Below are positions 22,001 through 37,000 of a stretch of DNA of 64,000 nucleotides, in pieces. Under the pieces are notes generated by a model that did no database searches, was not told the DNA's origin, and saw only the letters and a program-made list of their open reading frames with translations. Each line of letters starts with the position of its first letter. The stretch's first letter is position 1. Both the position numbers and the translations under genes were made by a program. The stretch is from Chiloscyllium plagiosum (taxonomy: Eukaryota), in the NCBI RefSeq assembly GCF_004010195.1, contig NC_057751.1:19149462-19213461 (forward strand), read 5' to 3'.

Positions 22001-25000
22001 CACTCATGGAGATGCTCTTGATCTCATTCATTTTGATCAGGGTTTTAATTTGAGTGGATTTTGCATCAGCTAAGGCAAAGTAGTTGTTTGTCATCATTAA
22101 GATCCTTGGAGAATGCTAGAATGGAGATGGCACATGTACACGGTCAACAACAGCGGTATGGATGTATATAAAGAGCTAGAAATTGTTTTGTAACATTACA
22201 TCCATTTTTTCTGAACTTGTCTGGCCCCGCTAATATCTAACATTGGCCATGTGAAAGGACCAGGAAGCTATTGCTGTGAGAAGGACATCATGGCCACAAT
22301 CATCATGTTCTCCCTCACAAAGCCATTAGATAGTGCTTGGGCAGGAAGACACAAAAAGAACCAGAGGTAGGGCTCTTGTGATGCAGTGGTAATGTCCTTA
22401 CCTCTGAACCAGGAGCCTAGGTCAAATCCCACCTCCCCCAGCTGTGTCATAATATCTCTGAACAGGTTGGTTTAAAAAATTGAATGAACAGTGAGCCTTA
22501 GTGATGTTACGGGAAGTGAAAAAGTAGTTACTGAGTCTAGTGGCACAAGGTCAATATGCAGCACAGACTCAATCTTATGAACGAACCATCGTGTTTTAAC
22601 TCCCTCACAAACTATGTTGGCTTCTTAGTTCTCCCTGTTTTATTGATTGCAACAACTCCCTAAATGGCACATTGCCATTTCTCTCCTTACCTTTCCATCC
22701 TTTCTGTTAATTTTCATGGCCGTGTCCATCATTAGTAACTTCCCCTCTATGCCATTGGCTAATTTCTGGTATTTGGCCTTTCTCTGAGCATCCAAATATT
22801 GTCCTTTGAAGGGCTGAGGCACACTGACAAGGTCACAGAAACAGTGGATTATGGAAACAAGGTCAGGCAAGCACCAGTAAATTAACAAACCTGCAAAACT
22901 ACAGTTAAGGGGGATATTCCCCAAGCACAATAGTGAGTACACAGAGTTCCTAGAACTTGGGACTGAGTCAGATAATTCTGAGAAAGAAGTTAGCTAAATG
23001 AGTATAAGACTGGTGGTTAAAGAGACAGGTACAGGCTTGACAGGCACAATGGTTCTGTGCATGTTCAAGATCTCGAGCTTCAATTTCTCCTGTTGGCCTG
23101 AAAAATGATCGTATGACTGACCTTAGATGTATATCTGGCAGGAGAATTTCCAAGAGATTCAGTCTCAAGCCAAAACTTTGGCAGAAATGCTGAAAGCATG
23201 CCCGAAATAGCAATTTGAGTGTGGTGGAAAATGGCTGACAGCCCAGGCGTTCGACAAAGGCGGTCTCGGGGCCCTCTGATGATAGATGCCAGTGCTTTAT
23301 TTGGCTGTCTAAATCCTTGAGCACTGCTGCTACAAGGTCACAATATGAAAGAATGGAACAACAGAAAGAACTGCCCTCTTGTCTTAAAAGTGAAAGTTTG
23401 TAACTTTGCCTCAGATCACCACATCTTTTCCAAAGGCTGAGAATAGTATACTGTATAGTAGGTTAGCAAAAGATAACTTTTATCAGCCTGTTCAAGAAGC
23501 ATTGGCAAAGACCCAAGTCTTTTGGATCTTTTCAGTTGGATCTTTGAAAAGTATTCTAGTACCTGGAGGCATACGAGGCTTTCTTATCCTTGAAGAGTTC
23601 ACTGGCGTACAACTTCTCTTCTAATTCCATTTTCCTCTGGTTTGAGATTCCCTCCCTGTATTTCTTGCACTGAAATCATGAAGTGGGAGACAATGAGCAA
23701 CTCTAAAGTTTCAGAGATGCAGCGCCTTTGAATAAATAGTTTCCACTACTAAAAAAAGTTCAACTTTTAAATGGGACAGGCTGTTGTTATATTGATCAAA
23801 ATGTGACAGCTGTTAGCAATTTACATAAACGTCATTTTCAAAGTTAATGGTGACATTGTTTTAAACTCTTCATTTATGTTGGGCTGGGCAGCAACAATGT
23901 GGACCGTAATTTAGTCTTATTACCATATGGACTGTATGATTGTGTTTAACATCATTCCTATAGGACCAACAAAGATTACAAAGTGCACATCAATATTCCT
24001 GGCCAGCATGGAGATGGTTAGGTGTCATTCACACTCAGAAAGCTCTCTGCTGTAAGAAGTAACTGGGAGCATACATGCACACAATTAGGAGTAGAAGCAG
24101 GCGATTCAGCATATTGACTGGAGAAATTTAACTGAAATTTGCAAGAAATAATCTTGTTTTTATAGGGGGATCCTGTTGTAGTATTATTCAGAAGTTCTGT
24201 TTGTTGTAGGTTGTAGAGACTTGGTTTAAATATATTGTTTATTACTTTGCAGTGCTACAGTTTTAAATAGACTCATTTTGCAATTAAGGCAAAGAGGACT
24301 TCTAAGGGACAGATAAAGAACTGACTAAAGTTAGTGAGTTTTGAGAAGATTTGTTGCTCAGGTTGAGGTTCAGGATGTAAGTTTGCCCACTGAGCTGGAA
24401 GGTTCATTTTCAAGCCAACTTACATCCAACTGACTAAAGTATTGTAAGAATAACTGCTGCTGAGGGGATGGGATTGACTCCTGAGCACAGACTGCAAATC
24501 AAACCAGGAGCTTTCTGCTCTGTATTGTTCACCGTATAGTTAACATACCCACTGAGTTCGCAGGAGATGCTCACCCTTCTCTCTTCTCACTTCCATGTTC
24601 ACAGTTCTCCCTTATTCTCAAACATAGTGTACCAGTTACTAAATTGTCTGTGATGGATCAAGGACAAGTGCCTCTAGTGTTTAATCACTGTTGAATCAGT
24701 CATGAGCGTGACCCAGGACCTATTTCCTGATTCTCTTGCTCGCTAAAGAACAACAGAAGAACTGCAATTTTGCACTCTTACAACTTATTACAATACATAA
24801 AATCAGGATCTCAAACTAATGTTCCACCAGCTAATTTAAAGTGCAAGGTACACTTAGATTAGATTAGATTCCCTACAGTGTGGGAACAGGCCCTTCAGCC
24901 CAATGAAGAGCAACCCACCCAGACCCATTCCCCTGCACCTAACACTACGGGACAATTTAGCATGGCCAATTCACCTAACCTGCACATGTTTGGACCGTAG

Positions 25001-28000
25001 GAGGAAACCAGAGCACCCAGAGGAAACCCACGCAGACATGCGGGGAGAATGTGCAAACTCCACACAGTCAGTTGCCCAAGGCGGGAATTGAACCCGAGTC
25101 CCTGGCACTGTGAGGCAGCAGTACTAACCACTGAGCCACCGTGCCGCCCGTCTAAAGTTAAAAATATTTAAAAATATAGCTTTCAGGTCTGCTCCTCTGA
25201 AGAATCTTGGTGCATTTTATGTCATGAAAGGTGCTATATGAATATGGTAAAAGAACTGCCACCCTGCCCACACAGAACATAGGAAAGCAAACTTGGCCAA
25301 ACTATACCAGAAACACCCAGAATGCCTCAGCAGGGACCAAGCAGGCTGACAAGTGAAACCAGACAGCACTCACAGATCAGGGAATACACTTCCCAAAACC
25401 CACTAACAATACCCAGTCAGCACAGCTGTCCCAAAGCCCCGAGGGCAGGCTCATAACACAGCAATACCAAAGCCACACAAAGAACAGGTCAGAGAGAGAG
25501 GCACCAAAGGATTCTGTTCCCAGGACAGGAACAATGGGAGCACCTTACTCACCTACCCTGCAAAGAAGACTGAAATCTCCGAACCCATCGATACTGTCAG
25601 GATATTGCATTGTATCGAGAATCAGGACATTCATCCGATAACTATTTTCCAATTAGCATCATTGTAACCAGATTACTCCACTTTCAAATACATTGTATCT
25701 TTCCCATTTCTAATTAACCTTATTGTACAAGATTATTATAAAACCTGGCTTCTTTCTCAGCTCGAGGAAGAGAACCCTTGATCTACCTGCACAGACTGTC
25801 AGTTCTGTGTCAGCCTCATCAATTTCTCTTCCAGCATTATCACTTGTAATAAACAGCCTGTCAATTTCACTCGATCTGGTTTGTGTGGTCTCTGCTTTAT
25901 TGGGCTAATTTCTTGGACAATAAATAAGAATAATTGTGATAACACCATAGACTAATCGGCACCTGCAATACTGAGCTGAGCTTCAGGGTGGCAGTTTTTC
26001 AGCAGTGTTACCTGAAGGGTTTTGGCCTTAGTTCTGAGCCACAGATCTTATTTTGTTTGTACTTTTTCATTAGAAATTCTGAGATGCTCAGAACTATGAA
26101 AGATATTGATCTCAATAATAAAATACACAGGGCATAGCAAGACAGGTTCAGGGTGAACAGCAGTTCAGTAACAACAGCTTGCATTCGGTATTTTCAATAC
26201 AATAAACCATCACCAGGCACTTCACAGGCATGTAAACAAACATAAATTTGGCACCGATTTACGTCAGAAAGCACAAAGGAACAGGTTTAAGGACAAAATC
26301 AATTCAAAACCTCAACAGCAAAATAGTGTTAAATTACAAGGATGGGCTGCACAAACTGACTGTGTAATTCCTCAAATGGAGGAGATCAGGGGGATTTTAT
26401 ATCATTAAAGAGGTCAATGGGGTTCATAGAGAGAAACTATTCCTTCTTGGGGGGGGGGAGATCCTCAAAATAAAAGCCAGGCTTGTCCAGGAATCCTGCC
26501 ATGATCTCATTCAATGGCAAAATAGGTTTGAGGGGCTGAACAGTCTCCTATTGCTATACATCTGTTACATGTTCAGTAAAATGCTGCATTATATAACGTT
26601 GTTGCAGAATAATATAAGGATAAATTGGTCACATAGCATTTTAGGCTGGAGCCTGCTTTGTTTTAGCTTTCTGACCTTCCAGAGGTAAAAAATCATCTTC
26701 AGTTGCTGGTGAGTGTTTTCCAAGAAGCGATAAGGCAATGCTGGCCACTTCTTATCTGTTGGAGACATTGAGGGTAGTGTCTTCTTTAGGCCAAGAAAGT
26801 ATTTTTGTATCTTTAAGGGTGAAAGGAAAACAAAATGATTGTAGTTTTAAACATTATATTCCTATATGCACACAAATACAGTATATTGTGTGGGGAGGCT
26901 ATATTAGATGCCAACATCTTTCTTCATATCTTAAAAATAATACACACTGCTCTTCTACATTGTCTAGTCAGACATCTGACTGACTTACTTTCAGGCTCTA
27001 ACACTGAGTGACTGTCTGGTTCTCAAAGTAGGATCACCTATACCTGCCTTTTCACTCCATCTGCATCCAGCTTGCCCAAGATTAGGAACTCAGCATTGAT
27101 AAATCACTGCCACAAAACTGCTTTCCTGCCACTCTATGACCTGGTATCTCTTGGTCTGCTAAATGGTGATGGTGCAAGATAGAAGGAGGGATATACTGAC
27201 AGGCTTAGCCACATCTGACCTCAGCAGTGCTCAGAGATATCCACCGCCCAGATACAGAAGGCATCCGAACAGCGGGAGGCTCATGAGATGCAAAGAGGAA
27301 ACATAGCTGAACAGTTCTTTCTTTCAGAAATTTACATTTAATCAAAGTTACTACTAATTCGGCGTCACTGGGCAATCTCGTTCACAGAGTTCCCTGAAGT
27401 GGCTTGAAAAATTGAAATGTCCCAGTGATCCAACAAGGAGTGATCTGCTGAATGTGGAAATCAGTTTGATGTCAGGGCGGTGTGGGTTCTGAAATTCAGC
27501 TTGATAAAAGTAGACCTGAGTGTGCTCATTATCAACATTAGATGCAAAGTGGCTGGTGCGTAGTTCCCCAGCATCAACAGCCTCCCCTTCATAAGTTACC
27601 AACCATTAATTACAATATATGTCGCACAAACTCACAATCGAAGACATGATGAAGTTACGGATTGTCTTTGAAGCATTACTTTTGAAGTACTTCCTATTCC
27701 TTTTTCGCACCTGAGATCACAAACAGAGGACAATGAGTTACAGAAGCTGTGGACAGGTTTTCTGCTCAAGGTAAAAACATAGACTTTCCATTAATTCGTC
27801 TTAGCTTCCACATTTCGGGTCATTTGTGGTTTCAAATTTTTCTTTGTTGAAGAACCCCTTTTCTAATGGGTTAGTAATCAGAGACCACCCTTCCCACACC
27901 GTTATGGTAATTCTTTTACAATAGAGTATAGTAATCTATAATACATAATAGTTTAATGTTTTACAATATGCAATAGTTTACCATACACTTTATAATATTT

Positions 28001-31000
28001 GATTATACTGTAGTTTAGAATGTAAAACTGTATAATACTGATGATACATGCTGAAGGATTCTGATAACTCTTTTAAGAAAACAGGCATTTACTTCCAGAT
28101 ACCTGTCAGGTCAGGTGCCTGTTTCTATCTAAACATTTTTGGGGTGTGAAGGGAGGTGATAGCATGAGCACAGAGAATCCATTAGGAAAGCGGAGAGACA
28201 GCACAGAGACAGTGAGAGCATGGGGAACAGTGAGGGCATTAGCCAAACATAGACAGCAGGAAAACAAGATGGATACAAGCGTATAAAATAGGAGCAGTCA
28301 GGCCACTCAGCCTCTCATACAATAAGATCAGAACTGAACTATTTGTCTGCATTCCTATCTTCCCCCAATGACCTTAGATTCTTGTCAAGAAAGGGAATCA
28401 ATCCAGATCTGCCTTAATAAATATTCAATGATCCTGCCTCCACCACATTGTGAGGCAGAGAGTTCCAACCTATGAGAAAAACTTCTCCTCATCGCTGTCC
28501 TGAACGGGTGTCCCCCTTGTTCTAGACTCCCCCAAAAGAGGAAACATTGTTTCCACATCTACCTTATCCAGACCAGGCAGGATTTTATACACTTCCATGA
28601 AATCACCCTATCTCCTCTGAACCATTTCCAACCTTTCTTAAATAAGAAGATCAAAATGGGACCCAGTAGGTGAGATGTGGTCTCACCAATGCCCTGTATA
28701 ACTGAAGCATAATGTGTTGGCTTTTTATGTTAAATTCCCTCTCATGATAAAGGCAAGCATCCCATCAGGCTTCCTGATTAATGCAGTACCACATCCCAGG
28801 AGCAGCAGTGTTCCTAGATCCACGCAGCCCAGCTTCAGAACCACTGACTTCGGAAGGAAATGAAACAGACTAAATTGCAAGTGAGCATATCTAACAATCC
28901 TACCAATCCTTCTCTCGCATTCCTGAACAAGATACAAGTAGTTTGAATGCTAATCCCTCTCAGCCCAAGCCTCTAATCTGCCTTGGTCTAGTCAGTTTTA
29001 AGTTGACCCAGTGAGGCACAGTGTAGGTGGGAACAGGGCCTCCCAAGGGAGCACAGACAGATTCAGTTATTAATAATAAGGGTGGGAAATAGAGTTCAAT
29101 CTGAACTCATCCACATTAGATCAGCAAAAGGGGAGTTCAGAATAGTGACAGAATACTGATGGTGGTGTAGCAGGTGTCTGTGTATACAGATTACCAAAAG
29201 CTAATGGGCGGTCACAGAGCAAACGGAATGCTAACCTTTTCCAAACAAAAATCTCGTCAGGTAATTCGCACACTTGGGTTTGTCGGAGTTTGCGGTCTGC
29301 AAAGTGGCTCCTGCATGTAACTAACAACACATTCGGACTGTATTCACTGGGAGCTCAGAAGAGCAAGGAGGGAGAATCTCATAGAAATCTGTAAAGTTCT
29401 AACGGGACTAGATGGGGCAGTAAACACAGGAAGGAGGTTCCCGACAACTGAGTGGGGGTCCAGAGCCAGGAGATGGGGTAGGACTGAGATGAGGAGATGT
29501 GTCTTCACCCAGAGAAAGTTAAAAATCACACAAGACCAGGTGATAGTCCAACAGGTTTATTTGAAAATACAAGCTTTCAAAGTGCTGCTCCTTCGTCACT
29601 AGTTACCTGATGAAGGAGCGGTGCTCCAAAAGCTTGTACTTTCAAATAAACCTGTCGGACTATCACCTGGTGTTGTTTTTTAACTGCGTCCACCCCAGTC
29701 CAACACCGGCTCCTCCATATCATGTTTACCCAGACAGTGGAGGGTTGGGGGGGATGGACCCTGGAGGATTCTCTGCCACAGCAGGTTGGGACCAAGACAT
29801 AGAATGTTTTTGAGAAGGACTTTGATATAGTTCTTAGGGGGAGAAAGGAATTGAAGGGTATGGGGGGGGGGAATGAGATGGACGATCAACTGTGATCGTA
29901 TTGAACGGGGAGCAGGAATCGAGGGGTCGAATGGCCTGCTCCTGATTTCTGTGTTTCATTGGCTGTAAAGCTCTTTGGGAAATTGTGTGGTCAATCAGAT
30001 CATCTGCTTCGGAATGATTTTTGATGAGGGCACTGGAGAGAAGGGCCTTGTTGGTTTTTGAGATTGTGGCGATTAGATCTTTCATGTCTGTCTGAGGGGG
30101 CAGAGGCAGCCACTGATTAACAGTTCACACAGCGTAGCAACCCCTCAGTCAGCACTGATTTATGTTCCTGTCCCTGGAACTGAACTCGTGATCCTCTGAC
30201 TTGAGTGATAAATGCTTCCCAGTGAGCCACAACTGCCTGAGATCCAGCTAGGCTCATAAATATGTCACATTAAAAATGACACATGTTAAAATGTAGCACA
30301 AACTGCCAAGAAGTGCAGCAAGTAACGTGGGGCACGCAGTTTATTCCAGGAGCAGCAGACCAAAGGCAGTATTGCCATCGCGAACCCTTTTACCTGGTAA
30401 CCATGCCAATAAGCTGCAATGATAGAGGCAGCCTCAGCACGTCGCTTCTCCTCCCGGAGATCTCTCTGGGTTTTGCGAACCTACAATAAGAAACAGTGAT
30501 CTTACTCCATGAAGCCTGGAAAGATTGAGGGGTCTGCAGGTGCAGAGAGGTGTGCCGACACAGGTTCATGAAAATAACTAGGAGTTAAAATTGAAATTTA
30601 AAAACCACAACTTGCAATTTGACAGAACCTTTAACATCATTAACATCCTGAGCTGTTCACAGCAGCAGAAATCAGATGATACATTGACCGGACGTTTGGG
30701 TCACCCGCCAGAATCTCTCCTCAGGCCCAGAATCAGAGAAACAGGTTTTCAGGAGCGTTTTAAAGGAGCAGACAGACAGAGAGATGTTGACGGGGATATG
30801 ATGGAATTGCAGGCCCCAAACACCAACCCATGGCCCACAGTCTTCCAGGCAACGGAAGGTACAGCCACCAATAGCCAAGTGATAGAGATAGAAGGGAAGA
30901 GGCCGGAATTGGAGCAGCACAGAGATAGGGAGGAGGTGTCGGGGGCTGGAGGGGGTGACACACACAGATAGGGAGGGGGGTGACACACAGAGATAGAGAG

Positions 31001-34000
31001 GGGATGTAGGGGGTTGGAGGAGATGCGAGAATTAGACATCTCTGTGAGGTCACCATGTATTACCTAAGTTAATAATCTCACATCGTCAGTAAATTTGTGC
31101 CTTTATCGTAGAGCTCCAGATGTTAAATGATAAACTGCACAGGCTGGATCTCCCAGATCACGTTGCTATGGAATCTTTTGTGACTGGATTGATTTTAAAT
31201 GTATTCTGAGATGTCACTTAATCTCTGCACAAACACTGCATGTTGACTTTCTCTGTTAGTTTCCAGTCAGATGCATCGTAGTGACTGTCATGGTGTACTG
31301 GGTGTGGTCATTACCAAACAGTGCGTGGTTGTCAGTCAGGACACCTCACCAGCTTACTGGAGCTCACCTCAAAGTGGCTCAGGTGGTAAATGCATCACTC
31401 AGTGTGGCACAGAACTGGCAAACCTTGGGTATTGGGCAAACCCCAATTCTGCACCAACTCAACTCAGCCTCCACACCCGTCGGTTTGCTCTCACTAATCT
31501 CCCTGATCTGGCTCGGGATTGTCTCACCAAACATCCGCCAACATTCCCACTCCTATCATGGAGGAAATAGTCTCTGTAAAAGAACACTCTTACCCTGTCC
31601 AGTCAGATTAGAAGTGGCATACGGGCACCATCATCTGGCCCTCGACACATGCACCCTCCCCCACAGGAGGTCACCCAGTACTCACCTTCCAGCCCCTGGT
31701 GCAGGCCTGAAGGACAATCGTGGCTTGCTTCAATCTTTTGTATTTCTTTTGTTGCTGTGACGATTCATACATTAAAAAAAAGACAGAATTAACAAGGAAA
31801 CGTTTTGCTGAGTTTGGTTTCAATGGTTGTGTCTTTTATCCGATACCAATTTTATCCCCTGACATTGTTGAGGCCTTCAGCCACCATTACGGGGATCACA
31901 AAGCCATCCTTGAAGGTTGAGGCTCAAACGGTGAGTGTCAGGAAGTTTTTTTTACACCCGGGTTAGGACTGCCACTGGCAAAGCTGGCATTCACTGACTG
32001 CCCCTTGTTGCCCTGAGAAGCTTTTTCTTTAGCTGCCACGTAGGACAATTCAGAATTAACCATGAGCACGTGGGCTACAGTCACAGATAGGCCCAGACTG
32101 GCTAAATAGAGATGACTGGTCTGCTTACTTAAAGGGATGTTTGCGGAAGAGTTGGGTTTGTAACAACAATCTGATAACTTTGTGGACACTTTTACTGATA
32201 CCAGTTTTTTGTTACAGATTTATTTTTTAAAAATCAATCAAAATCCTCACAAGAACAACATCCACTTTTGATGCTTCCTTGTGGTTTTCTGACTGAGCCA
32301 CAAAGGGGTTCCTTTCTAGTGACATTGTGGCGCTCTCTCGAAGCACTGTGGGAGCTCTAATTTGGGGAATGCTTGCTCCTGAAATGGAAGCAATGGTTCC
32401 GAAACTCAGGTAACATTTCAGTAATGCACAAAATTCATTCTCAGCTCCCCTAGAAGGAGGGAAAGAATGAACATCTTGACTTTGGTGACTCATGTTTGAC
32501 ATGAAAATAAGGCAAATCCACGCGACTCAGACTTACATTATATCCCCTGAACCGGGCCGAGATCACAATCTGACTTTTCTTCATCAGCAGGAAGTGGGTC
32601 CGGCATTTCCAGCCACGATATGTCTTCTGAATCACGGTAGCCAGGAATTCCATCTGAATCCGTCGTCGATCTTCCAGGTCAAAGAGCTGGAAAACAGGCA
32701 GAAATCTTCAAAATGGGCTTCAGTGAGAATCGTGGGGAGTCAACGATTTTGCATTAATCTCAGCAAACGCTTCATAAAACTGAGACTCCACTCCTGTTAA
32801 TGATGTCCCTTTGTGAAAGCAAAGGGGCAAACATCAAACCTTTAAGAGAGAGCCACAGAAAACAGGAGCAGGAACAGGATATTTGTCACTTTGAGCCCTG
32901 CTGCCCCATTGAATGGGATCATGGTTGTTCATCCAACTCAGTCCTCTATTCCCCACCCCCTCCCCAACCCCCCCACCCACCCATACCCTTCAATCCCTTT
33001 ACCCCTAAGAACTATATCCAGCTCTTTGAAAACATCCTATGTTTTAGCCTTGACCAGTTTCAGTTGCAGAGAATTCCACAGGCTCATCCCAGGCCTGGTC
33101 TTCACGTATTGTCCTCAGGGACAGCTACGAGGTGACTCTCCCCAGTTACAGCAGCATCGGTTCTTTTTTGAAACATTTGGAATCATGCGGTAATCAACTT
33201 AATCGCCAAATACTCACTGTTCGTGGATTTTTGATAAAGATCTTTGTCTGTCCAAATGCGTATTCCTCCGAGGGGATATTTAACTCTGTCAAAAGGGCTC
33301 TCACACCATCGCTTCAGGAAAAAAAAAACAGAGCATAGAAATGATGGTGAGCAGGGGATGACAGAGTGGCTAATTTATCTGAAGTTCTAAAGAAAGGCCG
33401 CTGGATTTGAAAAGTGAAATTTCTCTCTACACAGATACTGTCAGACCTTTCTCTAGCACTTTGTGTTTTCTTTTGGAATCAGGGCCTGGCTCTTCCTCCT
33501 TGCTTATTCCTTTACCCAAGCAGGGATTGTTTCCATGTGGTTCTAGTGTGAGGTGCCAGGCAGTGAAAGAGAGCAGAACATCAACATTACCCTCCAGTCA
33601 GCAGCGACTTGTCAACCTCAGGGGGGACTCCGGCAAATGGTAGCACGCCCAATCAGTTTAGTACAGGCATCGTCCTTGGACGGCCCGGCCCTGTCCTCAT
33701 TCAGATATTGGGCACATGTTTTGCATTCGTTGGTATGAAGTCAGAAGTCACATGATGTCTCCGAAAGCTTGTGATTTTATATAAACCTGTTGGACTATAA
33801 CCTGGTGTCATGTGACTTCTGACTTTGTCCGACCCAGTCCAACACCGGCATCTCCTCTTATAGAGTCACATAGCACAGAAACAGACCCTTCGGCCTAACC
33901 AGTCCATGTCGACCCTAATCCCAAACTAAGCTAGTCCCATACCTGCCTGCTCCTGGCCCATCTCCCTCCAAACCTTTCCTATCCACGTCCTTATCCAAAT

Positions 34001-37000
34001 GTCTTTTAAACATTCTAATTGTACCCACACCCACCACTTCCTCAGGATGTTCATTCCACACGTGAATTCCCCCCCCCCCCGCCCCCACCCCATGTAAATA
34101 AATTGCTTCGCAGGTCTTTAAATCTCTCTCCCCTCACCCTAAAAATGTGCCCCCAGTACAGAAATCGCCCATCCTGGAGAAAAGGCAACAACCATCAAAT
34201 GTATCTAAACCCCTCATTATTTCATAAACCCTCTATCAGGTTGCCTCTCAACCCCCTACACCCCAGTGAAAAAAGTCCCAGCCTATCCAGCCTCTCCCTG
34301 TAGCTTAATTCCCAGCAACATCCTGGTAAATCTCTTCTGAACCCTTTCCAGCTTAATAATATCCTTCCTGTAACAGGGCGATGAGAACTGGACACAGTTC
34401 TCCAAAACAGGCCTCACCAACGTCCTGTAGTATGCACTTCACAGTTCTGAGGAAGCAGTTCTTACCGGTCATTCCCCTTCCAATTTGGCCACGTCTGTTT
34501 GCAAAGCATCTTGTACCGCTGTAGGCAGGGCTTGTAGGGGTGTCGATACGCATAGCCTGCCCTTCGCACCCGCACGTTCTCCATCAGACCCAGGTACCAG
34601 ACCTGCGACTGCACCAGCGTATCCACAAACTTGTTCGGGGACTTGGTGTCATTGGGTTTTATGCATCTGTGAAAGGTTAGCACAGGGGAGGGTGACAATT
34701 GGTTAAACGTTTCAAGAGAACGATGTTGAGATGATACAAGTACACTGGGCGGATACTGCTCACTGTCCTGATCTAGTCTTCAGCCCCAAGCCAACATGCC
34801 CAGCTCTTCCGAAGTGAGGTTAGTAGGTCACCCAGTTGAACGGGTACCTGAGCGGGTAATGCTCCCACCATCACTCGCTTTCTTTATTGCTGTAATTCCG
34901 TGTCTAACTTTAAGTAATGCCAGCGAGCTGAGCAGTTCTGCCAGTCTCCTCCAGGTGGGCAGAATGCTTTAAACATTCACTGGCTGCCAGTTCGAGGGGG
35001 AAACTGACTGCAACAAACCCATGACCAACGGGTCTCCCCCACCACGGCCGTGAGCTTCAGGAATATAGCATCGAATCCATACAGTGTGGAAGCAGGCCAC
35101 TCAGCCCATTGAGTCTGCCCTCTGAAGAGCATCCCACCAAGTCCTCCACCCCAACCTTACCCCAGTAACCCTGCGTTTCCCATGGCCAATCCACCCCAAC
35201 CTGCACATGGCCAGACTGTGGGAGGAAACCGGAGCACCTGGAGGAAACCCACGCAGAATATCCACGCAGACAGCCAGTCACCCGAGGGTGGAATCGAACA
35301 TGGGTCCCTAACGCTGTGAGGCAACAGCGCTAACCACTGAGCCACCGTGCCACACTTACTGCCAAATCAATTGCTCGATTTCTAACTGGACAACCACTCA
35401 ATCAAGGGACAATATGGGAAGGGTCCTACCTGATGTAGTTCGGGTTCTTCACCAGGAGATTCTTCATGAGGATCCCTACAGAGGTCTTGAACTGGGAGCC
35501 AGCGGTGGGCGGCCTCTTCAGCAATGTCTTACTTGGGTTCCCTTCAGAGAAAAGGGATTTGATGAGCTTGTGCTTGGCCTGCCACATTGCCTTGGACAGG
35601 TCACGGTACAAGAGGTCATTGTTCTTGTCTAAGAACTCCGTAACGTTGTATGTCACCTGGAAGAAGGAGCATAAAAATGAATGAGGGCGTTTTCCCCTGG
35701 CTCCTCTCTGTTGCGATTGCTCGCTGCTGTTGGGTGCAGCTTCTCAGTTGCCATTCACTCTCTCAAGGAGAAAGTAAGAACCGCAGATGTGGGCGATCAG
35801 AGTCGAAGAGTGTGGCGCTGGAAAAGTGCAGCAGGTCAGGCAGCATCCGAGAAGCAGGAGGATCCTGATGAAGGGCTTATGCCCGAAACGTTGATTCTCC
35901 TGCTCCTCGGAAGATGCCTGACCTGCTGTGCTTTTCCAGCACCACTCTCTCGACTCACTCTATAGAAGATCACCTGAGTAAGTATTGGTCCTGTGGAGAG
36001 GTTCGAAATTACACCGTATGTGTGATCCTGACTAGGGGCTCTTCATATATTGGAAATGAAACTTTAGATATCACCAGTCTGCACAGATTAGTATTATACA
36101 GAGTCAAAAACGAATTCACTGCTATCTGCTGGCTTTGAAAATCCTACCCAGAAATGTGATGCCAGTTCTAAATTTCAGTGCTGAGCTGATGCTGGTCCAC
36201 AGTAGGTAGTGTTTTGGCACAACATAGTGTGCCAACACAGAGTCCTGCCGAGTTTGGCTGTGAGTATAAACAGCTCCACACATCACAGATGGTGCACTGG
36301 AAGATGCCAGGTAGAAATCAGGCAATTTCTCTGTTCAGCAACGAACATTTTCATATCCATGTCAGAGGATTGTGGCTTCAAGACCCACTTCAGAGACTTC
36401 AAAACAAACGCCAGGCTGGCCTTTCAATGTAGGATCAAGGGAGCGGGCACTGTCGGAGGGTCAGCGCTGAGGGAGGGTCAGTGCTGAGGGAGTGGGCGCT
36501 GTGGGAGGGTCAGTGCTGAGGGAGTGGGCGCTGTGGGAGTATTACTGCATGGAGCAATGTACTCACCCTTCCTGCATAGTGCTGCACCCGGAAGCAGCTG
36601 TCTGTCAGGGTTGTGTCAGTGATGAACTTGGAATTCATTGTCTCCTTGCTCTCAAAATGCTGATGGCTAGAAAAGACCTGGTTTAATTTCTTGAGGAAAG
36701 TAAACTCAGTGACGGGACCTGGCCGCAGACATTCTTCATCCAACATCGCCAGGATGCCTTTCTTACTCTGCAAAAGAACAAGCAATATCCCAGCTCATTT
36801 GCAAGGCCAGCATTATCTTTGTGTTATTTGGTTCCTTTTCCTGACCCTAGCCTTAATTTCTAATCACACTTCCTCTCGGACCATTGGTACGTGCTTGGCT
36901 ACAGTTTTGTGAGCTCTAGATGCTTTCTTATACTTTAATGAAAAGGGAGAGTGGCATGGTGGCTCAGTGGTTAGCACTGCTGCCTTATAGCCCCAGGGAC

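Noticed and set aside
25545..25570. - strand acceptor, 5 nt, then donor (ttctttgcag GGTAG gtgagt) as a microexon
   Set aside because: It would frameshift a conserved junction, and the flanking exons already join in frame; probably chance.
29236..29310. Possible additional - strand myosin exon (cag acceptor, gttagc donor, 75 nt)
   Set aside because: It has a stop in the phase-0 frame required by its neighbours and no IQ similarity; a poison exon cannot be excluded without RNA data.
36440..36540. Short gggagggtcagtgctgagggagtgggcgctgt repeats
   Set aside because: Only 2-3 copies at the end of a decayed SINE; no independent significance evident.
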